Shown here: positions 52,685-61,644 of the stretch, one piece after another
Layout of the letters: each line of letters begins with the position of its first letter
Numbering within the stretch: the stretch's first letter is position 1
Assembly (NCBI GenBank): GCA_963720755.1
Contig: CAVRGP010000015.1
Location: 96,001 to 160,000 of the forward strand
Reading direction: 5' to 3'
DNA from: an uncultured Chloroflexia bacterium
Lineage (GTDB): Bacteria > Chloroflexota > Limnocylindria > Limnocylindrales > CSP1-4
DNA length: 64,000 bases
Made by a program: the position numbers and the translations under genes
Notes under the pieces: model-generated
Database searches by the model: none
The model's input: the letters and a program-made list of their open reading frames with translations, nothing else
What the model was told of the DNA's origin: nothing

Positions 52685-53442
52685 TCGTCCCCCCGACGCT
52701 GCGTGACGCGCAGCTGGCGAGTCCGCTCGGGCGGGTCAGTCCACTCGTCAAGCTGGGTGTCGCGATCGGCTGGTTGATCGGCCTCGCGTTCACGACCGCG
52801 TCCGGCCCGCCGCTGTTCATCGCCGCGGTCGCCATCCTGTCCGGGATCGCCTTCGGACGGATCCCGATCGCGACCTTCGCCCGGGCGCTGCTGCCGCTGT
52901 GGACCATCGCCGCGGTGGTGGTCGTGGGCAACATCGTGTTCGGAGCCGCGAACACCGACCCGACGGCCGACGTCGTTGCCATGATCGGCCCGCTCCGGAT
53001 CACGACCGCTGCCGTGGCGACCGCGACGGCGCTGGGACTGCGGGTCGTGGCGATCGCGTCGGTCGGAGCGGTCTTCGCTCTGACCACCGAGCCGACCCGG
53101 CTCGTCGACGCACTCGTCCAGCAGGCACACGTCTCGCCCCGGTTCGCCTATGGCGCCCTGGCCGCGTACCAGGCGATCCCACGGTTCGGCGACGACTTCG
53201 TGGCCCTGCGGGATGCTCGTCGGCTTCGCGGGCTGCGCTGGAGCTGGCATCCGCGGCTGCTGGTCAGCCTCCTGGTCCTGGCTGTCCGTCACGGGGATCG
53301 CGTGGCGCTGGCGATGGATGCCCGCGCATTCGGGTCGGGGCCGCGGACACGCTATCGGACGGTCCGGTGGGGTGGGCTTGACCTCGCCACCGTGATGGCA
53401 GCCGTCGTCATCATGGTCATCGCGCTCGGGATCGGAGCCTGA
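52681..53442 (+). CDS. ykoC: ECF T component (YkoC-like)
   Basis: PLVKL, ARRLRG, AMDARAF. Confidence 0.88.
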   Translation: MIVPPTLRDAQLASPLGRVSPLVKLGVAIGWLIGLAFTTASGPPLFIAAVAILSGIAFGRIPIATFARALLPLWTIAAVVVVGNIVFGAANTDPTADVVAMIGPLRITTAAVATATALGLRVVAIASVGAVFALTTEPTRLVDALVQQAHVSPRFAYGALAAYQAIPRFGDDFVALRDARRLRGLRWSWHPRLLVSLLVLAVRHGDRVALAMDARAFGSGPRTRYRTVRWGGLDLATVMAAVVIMVIALGIGA

Positions 53443-53514
53443 GCGCGGCGCTCGTTCCCAGTGCGATGATCGGTCCCTGCGGGCGAGCGATCCGGGTCCG
53501 ATGGGAGGTTGTCG

Positions 53515-54825
53515 GTGAGCGACGGACGGACGGTCATCTTCTTTCCCGAGGGCGCCTATGGCCCGACCAACAATTGCGTCGGGATCGGTCGCGTGCTTCA
53601 GGCCCGCGGCCATCGTGTCGTGTTCATCGTGGAGGAGTCGTTCGCCGGGACGCTCGAAGCCCAGGGTTTCGAGGAGCGACGGATGCGCCTCGGGCCGCCA
53701 CCCGAAGAGCCTGAGGTCCCCGGCCAGTTCTGGATCGACTTCATCCGCGAGACGGCGCCCGTCTTTCGGAAGCCGACGATCGACCAGCTCGGCGAGTTCA
53801 TCGCGCCGACATTCCAGGCCTTGATCGATGGGGCCAAGTTCGTCCATCCGCGCTTGCTCGAGATCTTCGACGAGCTCGATCCGGACGTCATCGTCGAGGA
53901 CAATGTCGTCGGTTTTCCGGCCCTCGCCGGTTCCGGGCGGCCGTGGGTCCGCATCGTTTCGTGCAACCCGGCCGAGATCAAGGACGAGGCGATCCCGCCG
54001 TTCTCCTCTGGCTACTCCGCGGCCGACCCGACCGACTGGCCGGACTTCCTCGCCGAAGTCCGGGCCACGCATGCCGGCATGTGGGCGGACTTCGATGCGT
54101 TCTGTCGTGAGCGTGGCGACGAGGGCCTGCGTTATGGCCCGCTCGGGCCTGACTTCGTCCCGGAGTCGCCCTGGTTGAACCTGTACAGCTACCCGATCGA
54201 GGTCGACTACACGCGGACCATCTCTCTCGGACCGACCTGGCATCGGCTGGATTCCACCGTTCGGACGACCGACGAGACCTGGGAGCTGCCGGCCGACCTG
54301 TCCGCCGGCGAAGGCGCGCTGATCTACCTGTCCCTGGGCAGTCTTGGGTCGGCCGATGTCGCCCTCATGCAGCATCTGGTCGACGTGCTGGCCACGACCC
54401 AGCATCGGATCATCGTGTCCAAAGGTCCGCTCGCCGACGAGATCCGCCTGCACGACAACCAGACCGGCGAGGGCTTCCTGCCCCAACCGGCGATCCTGCC
54501 GATGGCCGACCTGGTGATCACCCATGGCGGACACAACACCGTGACCGAGGCCCTCCATCACGGGAAGCCGATGGTCGTCCTGCCGCTGTTCTGGGACCAG
54601 GTCGACAACGCCCAGCGGATCCAGCAGACGGGGTTCGGGCGGCGGTTGGCGACCTACGACTTCGCCGATCACGAACTGACCGATGCGATCGACGGGCTTC
54701 TCGGCGACCAGGCGCTGGGGCGGCGCCTGTCCACGATGTCCGCCCGGATCAAGGCGGAGCCGGGGACGGTTCGCGCGGCCGATTTGATCGAGCGAGTCGC
54801 CGTGACCGGGGCTCCGGTCCGCTGA
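53515..54825 (+). CDS. GT1 family glycosyltransferase (MGT/UDPGT-like)
   Basis: YLSLGS, FLPQ..ITHGGHNTVTEA..PLFWDQVDNA. Confidence 0.88.
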   Translation: MSDGRTVIFFPEGAYGPTNNCVGIGRVLQARGHRVVFIVEESFAGTLEAQGFEERRMRLGPPPEEPEVPGQFWIDFIRETAPVFRKPTIDQLGEFIAPTFQALIDGAKFVHPRLLEIFDELDPDVIVEDNVVGFPALAGSGRPWVRIVSCNPAEIKDEAIPPFSSGYSAADPTDWPDFLAEVRATHAGMWADFDAFCRERGDEGLRYGPLGPDFVPESPWLNLYSYPIEVDYTRTISLGPTWHRLDSTVRTTDETWELPADLSAGEGALIYLSLGSLGSADVALMQHLVDVLATTQHRIIVSKGPLADEIRLHDNQTGEGFLPQPAILPMADLVITHGGHNTVTEALHHGKPMVVLPLFWDQVDNAQRIQQTGFGRRLATYDFADHELTDAIDGLLGDQALGRRLSTMSARIKAEPGTVRAADLIERVAVTGAPVR

Positions 54826-54849
54826 CGCGTCACGTGGACGCGTCACGTG
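54824..54849. repeat. 13-bp tandem direct repeat
   Basis: gacgcgtcacgtg x2. Confidence 0.8.
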
Positions 54850-54935
54850 GTGGGACGGACGTCCCGGGTCGGGCTACGATGGCCGCACCATCCGAGCCCA
54901 CTGGGCCAAGCCAGGCTCATCCAGGAGGCAATCCC

Positions 54936-56381
54936 ATGACCGACGTCGCCGACCGCGTCAAGACCTACCAGCAGTTCATCGGTGGCGAATGGGTCGATTC
55001 TGCGTCGGGCGAGACGCTCGACGTCGAGAACCCGGCCGATGGCACCGTGATCGCGAAGGTCCAGGCATCCGGGGCCGAGGACGTCGATCGTGCGGCGAAT
55101 GCAGCGGCCGCCGCCTTCGAGACCTGGGGCAAGACGACTCCTCAGGAGCGCTCGACGGCGCTCCTCAAGCTGGCGGATGCCATCGAGGCCCGAGCTGACG
55201 AGCTCGGCCGACTGGAGTCACGGAATGCCGGCAAGCCGGTGACGGCCGCCATCGATGAGATCCCGGTCGTGGCCGACAATCTCCGCTTCTTCGCCGGTGC
55301 CGCGCGGCTGATGGAGGGCAAGGCCGCCAACGAGTACATGGCCGACCACACCTCGTTCATCCGCCGCGAACCGGTGGGCGTCGTTGCGTCCATCGCGCCC
55401 TGGAACTACCCGATCATGATGGCTGGCTGGAAGATCGGGCCTGCCCTGGCAGCCGGCAACACAGTCATCCTCAAGCCGTCGGCGCGAACGCCCCTGACCG
55501 CCCTGATCCTCGCCGAGATCGCGTCGGAGATCCTGCCACCCGGCGTCCTCAATGTCCTTACCGGGACGGGCGCCACCATCGGCGACGATCTCGTCGGGCA
55601 TCCCAAGATCGGGATGATCTCCGTGACCGGCGACACCGACACCGGCAAGCACATCGCCCGGGTGGCCGCCGACAGGGTCAAGCGGCTCCACCTGGAGCTG
55701 GGCGGCAAGGCCCCGGTCATCATCTTCGACGACGCGGATCCGGCGTCGGTCGCGGAGCAGATCAAGCTGTGGGGTTACTGGAATGCCGGCCAGGACTGCA
55801 CCGCCGCGACGAGGGTCATCGCCGGCCCCAAGATCTACGACAATTTCGTCGCCGACCTGACCCGCGAGGCCGCTTCGATCAAATGGGGCGATCCGGCCGA
55901 AGGGGACGACATCGAGATGGGCTCGCTCATCGCCCAGGGCCAGGCCGACAAGGTCGAGGGGATGGTCGATCGCGCCCGGGCCGGTGCCGAGATCACGACG
56001 GGCGGCGTCCGGCCGGACCGCCCCGGCGCCTATTACGAGCCGACCGTCATCGCCGCGCCCGACCAGCGCAGCGAGATCGTCCAGGACGAGGTCTTCGGGC
56101 CGGTCGTGACGGTCCAGCGGTTCAGCGACGAGGAACAGGCCATCGCCTGGGCGAACGACGTCCGGTTCGGATTGGCCGCCTCGGTCTGGACCGCCGACGC
56201 CGGCCGCGGGATGCGGGTCGCCAAGGCGATCCAATTCGGAACGGTCTGGATCAACGATCACTTCATGCTCGTGTCCGAGATGCCCCATGGCGGCTTCAAG
56301 GAGTCCGGTTACGGCAAGGACCAAAGCATGTACGCCGTCGAGGACTACACGGTCGTCAAGCACGTGATGCTCAAGATCTGA
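54936..56381 (+). CDS. Aldehyde dehydrogenase (gamma-aminobutyraldehyde dehydrogenase-like)
   Basis: PWNYP, LELGGKAP, NAGQDC, EVFGP, EMPHGGFKESGYGKD. Confidence 0.9.
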   Translation: MTDVADRVKTYQQFIGGEWVDSASGETLDVENPADGTVIAKVQASGAEDVDRAANAAAAAFETWGKTTPQERSTALLKLADAIEARADELGRLESRNAGKPVTAAIDEIPVVADNLRFFAGAARLMEGKAANEYMADHTSFIRREPVGVVASIAPWNYPIMMAGWKIGPALAAGNTVILKPSARTPLTALILAEIASEILPPGVLNVLTGTGATIGDDLVGHPKIGMISVTGDTDTGKHIARVAADRVKRLHLELGGKAPVIIFDDADPASVAEQIKLWGYWNAGQDCTAATRVIAGPKIYDNFVADLTREAASIKWGDPAEGDDIEMGSLIAQGQADKVEGMVDRARAGAEITTGGVRPDRPGAYYEPTVIAAPDQRSEIVQDEVFGPVVTVQRFSDEEQAIAWANDVRFGLAASVWTADAGRGMRVAKAIQFGTVWINDHFMLVSEMPHGGFKESGYGKDQSMYAVEDYTVVKHVMLKI

Positions 56382-57343
56382 GCGTCACCATCGGGGCCGG
56401 TCCGGGAACCAATATCGACCGGGCCCTGCCCGCTGCGGCGCTCCACGACGCCGTCCTGAGCTGGTACGCGTCCCGCGCCCGGTCGCTCCCGTTCCGGGAT
56501 ACGACCGACCCGTACGGAATCCTCGTGTCCGAGGCCATGGCGCAGCAGACCCAGGCCGCCCGCGCCGGTGAGGCATGGACCCGGTTCATGACTCGGTTCC
56601 CGACCGTCAGGACCCTGGCTGCCGGGACACCGGCCGATGTCCTGCGCGCCTGGCAGGGTCTGGGCTACAACCGCCGGGCGCTGAACCTGTGGCGGGCCGC
56701 CGGTCGCATCGTCACCGACTTCGATGGGGACGTGCCGGCCGATCCGGCCGCGCTCGAATCGCTCCCGGGCGTCGGACCCTACACGGCGCGAGCGGTCGCG
56801 GCCTTCGCCTATGGGGCGGCTGTGGGGGCCGTGGACACGAACGTCCGTCGCGTGCTCGGCCGGATCGCCGTCGGTGCCGTGGATGTGCTGACTGCGGCCG
56901 AGATCCAACGGCTTGCCGACGCGGTCGTTCCGCCGCTTCGATCCGGGCCGTGGAACCACGCGCTGATGGACATCGGCGCCACCATCTGCCGGCCGGTCCA
57001 GCCGGATTGCGATGCCTGTCCGGCGATGACCTGGTGCCGCCACGCCGCCGAACGACCGTCGGGTCGCGAGATGACCGTCCCGTCGCGGCCTGCGCCGTCA
57101 GTCGGTGCCGGGCGGAGGCACGTGCCCTTCCCGCAGACGTCGCGCTGGCTTCGTGGACGCATCGTCGACCGCCTGCGATCAGCGGGGGATGGGGCCTGGG
57201 TCGAGATCGACGCGCCGATCGGCGACCACGACGCGAATGCGGTGAAGATCGCCGTCGAGACATTGGCCCGGGACGGCCTGCTCGAGACCGACGGGGCGAC
57301 GACGGCTGACGGCCGGATCCGGGCACGATTGCCGATCGCGTGA
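56378..57343 (+). CDS. mutY: A/G-specific adenine glycosylase (probable CTG start)
   Basis: LVSEAMAQQTQ, WQGLGY, LPGVGPYTA, VDTNV, C-x6-C-x2-C-x5-C. Confidence 0.88.
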   Translation: MSVTIGAGPGTNIDRALPAAALHDAVLSWYASRARSLPFRDTTDPYGILVSEAMAQQTQAARAGEAWTRFMTRFPTVRTLAAGTPADVLRAWQGLGYNRRALNLWRAAGRIVTDFDGDVPADPAALESLPGVGPYTARAVAAFAYGAAVGAVDTNVRRVLGRIAVGAVDVLTAAEIQRLADAVVPPLRSGPWNHALMDIGATICRPVQPDCDACPAMTWCRHAAERPSGREMTVPSRPAPSVGAGRRHVPFPQTSRWLRGRIVDRLRSAGDGAWVEIDAPIGDHDANAVKIAVETLARDGLLETDGATTADGRIRARLPIA

Positions 57344-57372
57344 CCGCGCGCCTGGTCGGCTACGCTTCTCGG

Positions 57373-58194
57373 GTGATGTCCGCTCGAACCAGGTCCACCA
57401 CTCAGCCCCCGACCGGTCCGGCCGAGCCGCTGCCGGCGGACGACCCCGCGATCTTCGAGATGGACCTTCGCGGTCTGCGCGGGCGGTGGGCAGCGACCGC
57501 CGCACGGCCGGCCATCTCGGCGGAGACGATGACCGGCGCCGATCGGCGGGCCCAGGCGCTCGGCGTTCCCGAGCTACGGCTCATGGAGCATGCGGGGACG
57601 GCGGTCGCGGCCGCGGTCAAGGCGCTCGCGACCGATCTCGAGCGGTGGGGGAGCGGACCGATCGTGGTGCTGTGCGGTCCCGGGAACAACGGCGGCGATG
57701 GGTACGTCGTCGCTCGCCGGTTGGCGCTTGCCGGAGCATCGGTCATCGTCGCTGTCGTCTCATCGGACACGCGGCCGCGCGGGACATCGGCCGCCAGGAA
57801 CTGGGACCGCGTCGCCTCGGACACCGGGATCGCCAAGGTCCACCTTCCGGTCGCCCGGGACGTCGTGATGTTCGGACAGGGTGTGACCAAGGCCGCGGTG
57901 GTCGTCGATGCGTTGCTCGGGACCGGTGTCCGCGGCGCCTTGCGTGAACCGATCCGGTCCGCCGTCGAGGTCATCGCCCAGGCCCGATCGGCCGGTGTGC
58001 CGATCGTCGCCATCGACACGCCGACAGCGGTCGACCTGTCGAGTGGCGAGCCCTCCGACCCTGCCGTCCAGGCCGACCTGACCGTCACCTTCCATCGGCC
58101 GAAGACCGGACTGCTGACCACGCGAGGCGCCGCCTATGCCGGCAAGGTCCTCGTCGCTCCGATCGGCATCCCGCCGGAGGCTGACCGTGGTTGA
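57373..58194 (+). CDS. nnrE: NAD(P)H-hydrate epimerase (YjeF N-terminal, stand-alone)
   Basis: LMEHAG, CGPGNNGGDG, DALLGTG, AIDTP. Confidence 0.88.
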   Translation: MMSARTRSTTQPPTGPAEPLPADDPAIFEMDLRGLRGRWAATAARPAISAETMTGADRRAQALGVPELRLMEHAGTAVAAAVKALATDLERWGSGPIVVLCGPGNNGGDGYVVARRLALAGASVIVAVVSSDTRPRGTSAARNWDRVASDTGIAKVHLPVARDVVMFGQGVTKAAVVVDALLGTGVRGALREPIRSAVEVIAQARSAGVPIVAIDTPTAVDLSSGEPSDPAVQADLTVTFHRPKTGLLTTRGAAYAGKVLVAPIGIPPEADRG

Positions 58195-58414
58195 CACGGA
58201 CGGGAGCCGGCAGCCGGGTGCCCGCGAGGTCCTGATCGTCGCGGCGATCGCGGTAGCGGTGGTCCTCGGGGCAGCGATCCTGACGAGCGTGCTCCCGACC
58301 AACTTCCAGGAAGTCGTCTTCCATACGCCGCTCGCGATCCTGATCCTGCTGGTCGGGACGGGCTGGCTGCTCTGGCGGATCGCGCGCGGCTCGTCCGATA
58401 CCGTCGACCGATGA
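58187..58414 (+). CDS. Small two-TM hypothetical protein
   Basis: Overlaps both neighbours; two hydrophobic helices. Confidence 0.6.
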   Translation: MVDTDGSRQPGAREVLIVAAIAVAVVLGAAILTSVLPTNFQEVVFHTPLAILILLVGTGWLLWRIARGSSDTVDR

Positions 58415-60096
58415 CCGAGATCGCGGTCGAGGCGCTCCCCGACGCTCCCGCGACGGTACCCGCGCCGCTGGTGCAGCGAGCCGAGTCCCTGGCCGCTCTC
58501 GAGCGCGAGACGTGGGACGTCGTGATCGTCGGTGGCGGGATCGTCGGGGCCGGCGCCCTGCTCGATGCCGTGTCCCGTGGGATGCGAGCGGCCCTCGTCG
58601 AGCAGGATGACATCGCGTCCGGGACATCGTCGCGCTCATCCCGGCTGATCCATGGTGGCTTTCGCTATCTCGAGCAGCTCCGGATCGGGCTCGTCCGGGA
58701 AGCCCTGGCCGAGCGCGCGCGACTTCTGACCCTCGCTCCCCACCTGGTTCGGCTCGAACCGCTCATGTTCCCGGTGTATGGGATGCCGTACCTGTCGAAA
58801 GCGTTCTACGACGCCGGTCTGACCCTCTATGACATCCTCGGCGCACGTCATGACGGGGGCTGGCACCGCCGGATCTCCAAGGCGGAGGCGCTCGAACTGG
58901 CACCGACCCTGCGAGCCGAGGGACTGCATGGTGCGCTCGTCTATCACGACGGCGTGGAGGACGATGCCCGCTACACGATGGCCGTCGTCCGGACGGCCAC
59001 GGCTGCCGGCAGCATCGCGCTCACGCGGGTCCGGGCGACCGGGCTGCAGCTGGACCAGGCGGACGCGGCGATCCGGGTCCTGACCGCAGAGGACATCATG
59101 ACCGGCGACACGCTGGCCATCCGGACCCGGGCGGTCGTCGATGCCACCGGCGTGTGGGCCGCCGAGGCCGCCCATCCGTTCCAGTCGTCGTCCATGCGGA
59201 TCCTGCCGAGCCGAGGGGCACACCTGGTCGTCCCCCGTTCGCGCATCCCGAATTCGATGGGCCTCGCGATCCGGGTGCCTGGCAAGGTGGTCTTCCTCAT
59301 CCCGTGGTCCGAGTACTGGCTGATCGGGACCACCGATGCGCCATTCGATGGTCCGGCCTCGAGGCCGTCCGCCGCCGGATGGGAGGTCGACCAGTTGCTC
59401 GAGACCGTCAACTCGACCATGGATGTCGGCCTGACTCGCGACGACGTGGTCGGCACGTACGCCGGCCTCCGGCCGTTGATCGCCCCATCGGATGGGTCCA
59501 CGGTCAAGGCGTCTCGTGAACACCGGGTGACGAAGGAAGACAACGGCATCATCCGGGTCGGTGGCGGCAAGTACACGACGTACCGGGTCATGGCTCGAGA
59601 TGTCATCGACGCGGTTCTCGGACCGGACCTGGCGAAGCGTCAACCGAGCGACACTGCCGGACGCCGGCTGGTCGGTGCCGCCGACATCAAGGCCCTCGAC
59701 CGGATCGTCGCGGAGCTGATGACCATCCCGGCCATCGCCGGACTCGGCGATGACATCGCTGCCTCGCTTGTCGCCCGCCACGGGACGGAGGCCCCGGCAG
59801 TCGTGGCACTAGGCGCGGAGCATGACCTCCTCCACCGGCTCGTCCCGGACCGACCATTCCTGGAGGCCGAGGTCCTGTGGGCCGTCCGACACGAGCTCGC
59901 CCTGTCTGTCGACGACGTCCTCTCCCGTCGCACCAGGCTGGCCCAGGAGCTCCGGGATCGAGGCGAATTGGTCGCGCCGCGGGTGGCCTCGATCATGGCC
60001 GCGGATCTCGACTGGGGCGAGACACGCCAGGCCCTCGAGGTCGAGACGTTCCTGGCCGAGGCGCGTCACGAGTACTCCGTCTCCGCCCCCGACTGA
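58411..60096 (+). CDS. glpD: FAD-dependent glycerol-3-phosphate dehydrogenase/oxidase
   Basis: GGGIVG, GTSSRSSRLIHGGFRYL, GTTD, AGLRPL, SREH, GGKYTTYR. Confidence 0.9.
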   Translation: MTEIAVEALPDAPATVPAPLVQRAESLAALERETWDVVIVGGGIVGAGALLDAVSRGMRAALVEQDDIASGTSSRSSRLIHGGFRYLEQLRIGLVREALAERARLLTLAPHLVRLEPLMFPVYGMPYLSKAFYDAGLTLYDILGARHDGGWHRRISKAEALELAPTLRAEGLHGALVYHDGVEDDARYTMAVVRTATAAGSIALTRVRATGLQLDQADAAIRVLTAEDIMTGDTLAIRTRAVVDATGVWAAEAAHPFQSSSMRILPSRGAHLVVPRSRIPNSMGLAIRVPGKVVFLIPWSEYWLIGTTDAPFDGPASRPSAAGWEVDQLLETVNSTMDVGLTRDDVVGTYAGLRPLIAPSDGSTVKASREHRVTKEDNGIIRVGGGKYTTYRVMARDVIDAVLGPDLAKRQPSDTAGRRLVGAADIKALDRIVAELMTIPAIAGLGDDIAASLVARHGTEAPAVVALGAEHDLLHRLVPDRPFLEAEVLWAVRHELALSVDDVLSRRTRLAQELRDRGELVAPRVASIMAADLDWGETRQALEVETFLAEARHEYSVSAPD

Positions 60097-60287
60097 CCCC
60101 AGGCGCAACGCACGTTGCATTTCGGGTATTGGCAAGGCTGGACGAAGCGCGTACCATCCCGCCTGAAACGCCACGGAATGGTCCGCGGCCAGAAACGTAG
60201 CTCGACGCACGCACTCGGACTCCTCTCACGACTGACGCGAGAACCCGACGGGATCGCGTTGGCTACCCGAGAGGAGTTTTCGTTTTC

Positions 60288-60659
60288 GTGTACAACGACA
60301 AGAACCTGACCTGCGCGGATTGCTCACAAGAGTTCGTGTTCACCGCTTCCGAGCAGGATTTCTATTCGCAGCGTGGCTTCACCGAGCCCCGTCGCTGCCC
60401 GTCGTGCCGAGCCAGCCGCAAGGCAGCCCGGAACGCCGAGGGTGGCGGTGGCTATAGCTCCGGTGGCGGCTACAGCTCCGGCGGCGGCTATTCGAGCGGC
60501 GCCGGCAGCTACGGCGGTGGCGGCTACGATCGCGGTCCGCGCGAGATGTTCAGCGCCACCTGCTCGTCGTGCGGCAAGGAGGCTTCGGTCCCCTTCCGAC
60601 CGACCAGCGGCAAGCCGGTCTACTGCAGTGATTGCTTCCGCAGCCAGCGCGGCGGCTGA
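60288..60659 (+). CDS. Zinc-ribbon / CxxC-x17-CxxC protein with Gly-rich linker
   Basis: CADC..FTASEQDFY..PRRCPSC; CSSCG..VPFRP..VYCSDC. Confidence 0.9.
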   Translation: MYNDKNLTCADCSQEFVFTASEQDFYSQRGFTEPRRCPSCRASRKAARNAEGGGGYSSGGGYSSGGGYSSGAGSYGGGGYDRGPREMFSATCSSCGKEASVPFRPTSGKPVYCSDCFRSQRGG

Positions 60660-60818
60660 CCCTATCCTCTCGGTGCGGGTCGACCAACGACCCGCCGAAC
60701 CAGCGTAGATCCCCGACCCGGGCCGTCAGTCGACCCGGGTCGAACGATTCCCCCCGGGTCGGGAGCGGGACGGCGCCGTCTTGACCCATTCCTCATGGCC
60801 GGATGGGACGCGCTGCGC

Positions 60819-61469
60819 TCAGCCCGACGGCCGGCGCCCGGCCAGCAGCCCGAGGTCGAATTTGCGCTCCTGGCCGTGGATCAGGCGATCGATGTTGTCC
60901 GCATGGGCGAGCCAGATCAGCGCGGCCCCGACGGCCGAGTAGAGGACGTACGGGAGCGGTGTCTCCGGCACCACCATCAGGACGAGCAGCATCGCCGGGA
61001 ACATCGCGGCCGAGCCGAGCAGTGAGCCGAGGGACACGTACCGGGTTATCAGGATCACGCCGACGAAGACGGGGACCACGAGCAGGACGGCGATGGGTTG
61101 GATGACCAGCATCGTCCCGACCCCGGTCCCGACCCCGCGGCCGCTTCGGAAGCCGGCGAACACGGACCAGATGGCGCCGGCCACGGCCGCGGACCCACAC
61201 AGGACTTCGACGAGCGGGTCGTTATCGGTGACGTACCGGGCCAGCAGGACCGGGAGGACGCCCTTGAGCAGGTCGCCGATCACGACCACGGCAGCCCACC
61301 GTGGGCCGAGGGCCCGCAGCGCGTTCGTGCCGCCGGTCCGGCCGGAGCCGATCGAGCGCAGGTCGGTCCCGCCGGCGAAGCGTGCGACCAGGACGCCGAC
61401 CGGGATGGATCCCGCGAGATACGCGATCGCGACCAGCGTCACGGTCCGGAGGACGATCTCTGGATCCAT
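60819..61469 (-). CDS. plsY: Glycerol-3-phosphate acyltransferase
   Basis: YLAGSIP, GSGRTGGTNALR, DLLKG, GRGVG, YVSLGS, HADNIDRL. Confidence 0.92.
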   Translation of the reverse strand: MDPEIVLRTVTLVAIAYLAGSIPVGVLVARFAGGTDLRSIGSGRTGGTNALRALGPRWAAVVVIGDLLKGVLPVLLARYVTDNDPLVEVLCGSAAVAGAIWSVFAGFRSGRGVGTGVGTMLVIQPIAVLLVVPVFVGVILITRYVSLGSLLGSAAMFPAMLLVLMVVPETPLPYVLYSAVGAALIWLAHADNIDRLIHGQERKFDLGLLAGRRPSG

Positions 61470-61644
61470 CGACACGCTCCAACCGAGAGATCAGGAACGT
61501 TTCCTGAGCCAGCTCCCAAGCCGGGAGTCTAGCACCGCGGTTGCGGGAGTCCGGATCCGGCGCGTACCATCGAGCGCGATGACCCACCTGCCAAGTCCCC
61601 CTGCCGACGGTGCGCCCGACGAGCAGCCCGAGGCCCGCTGATCC

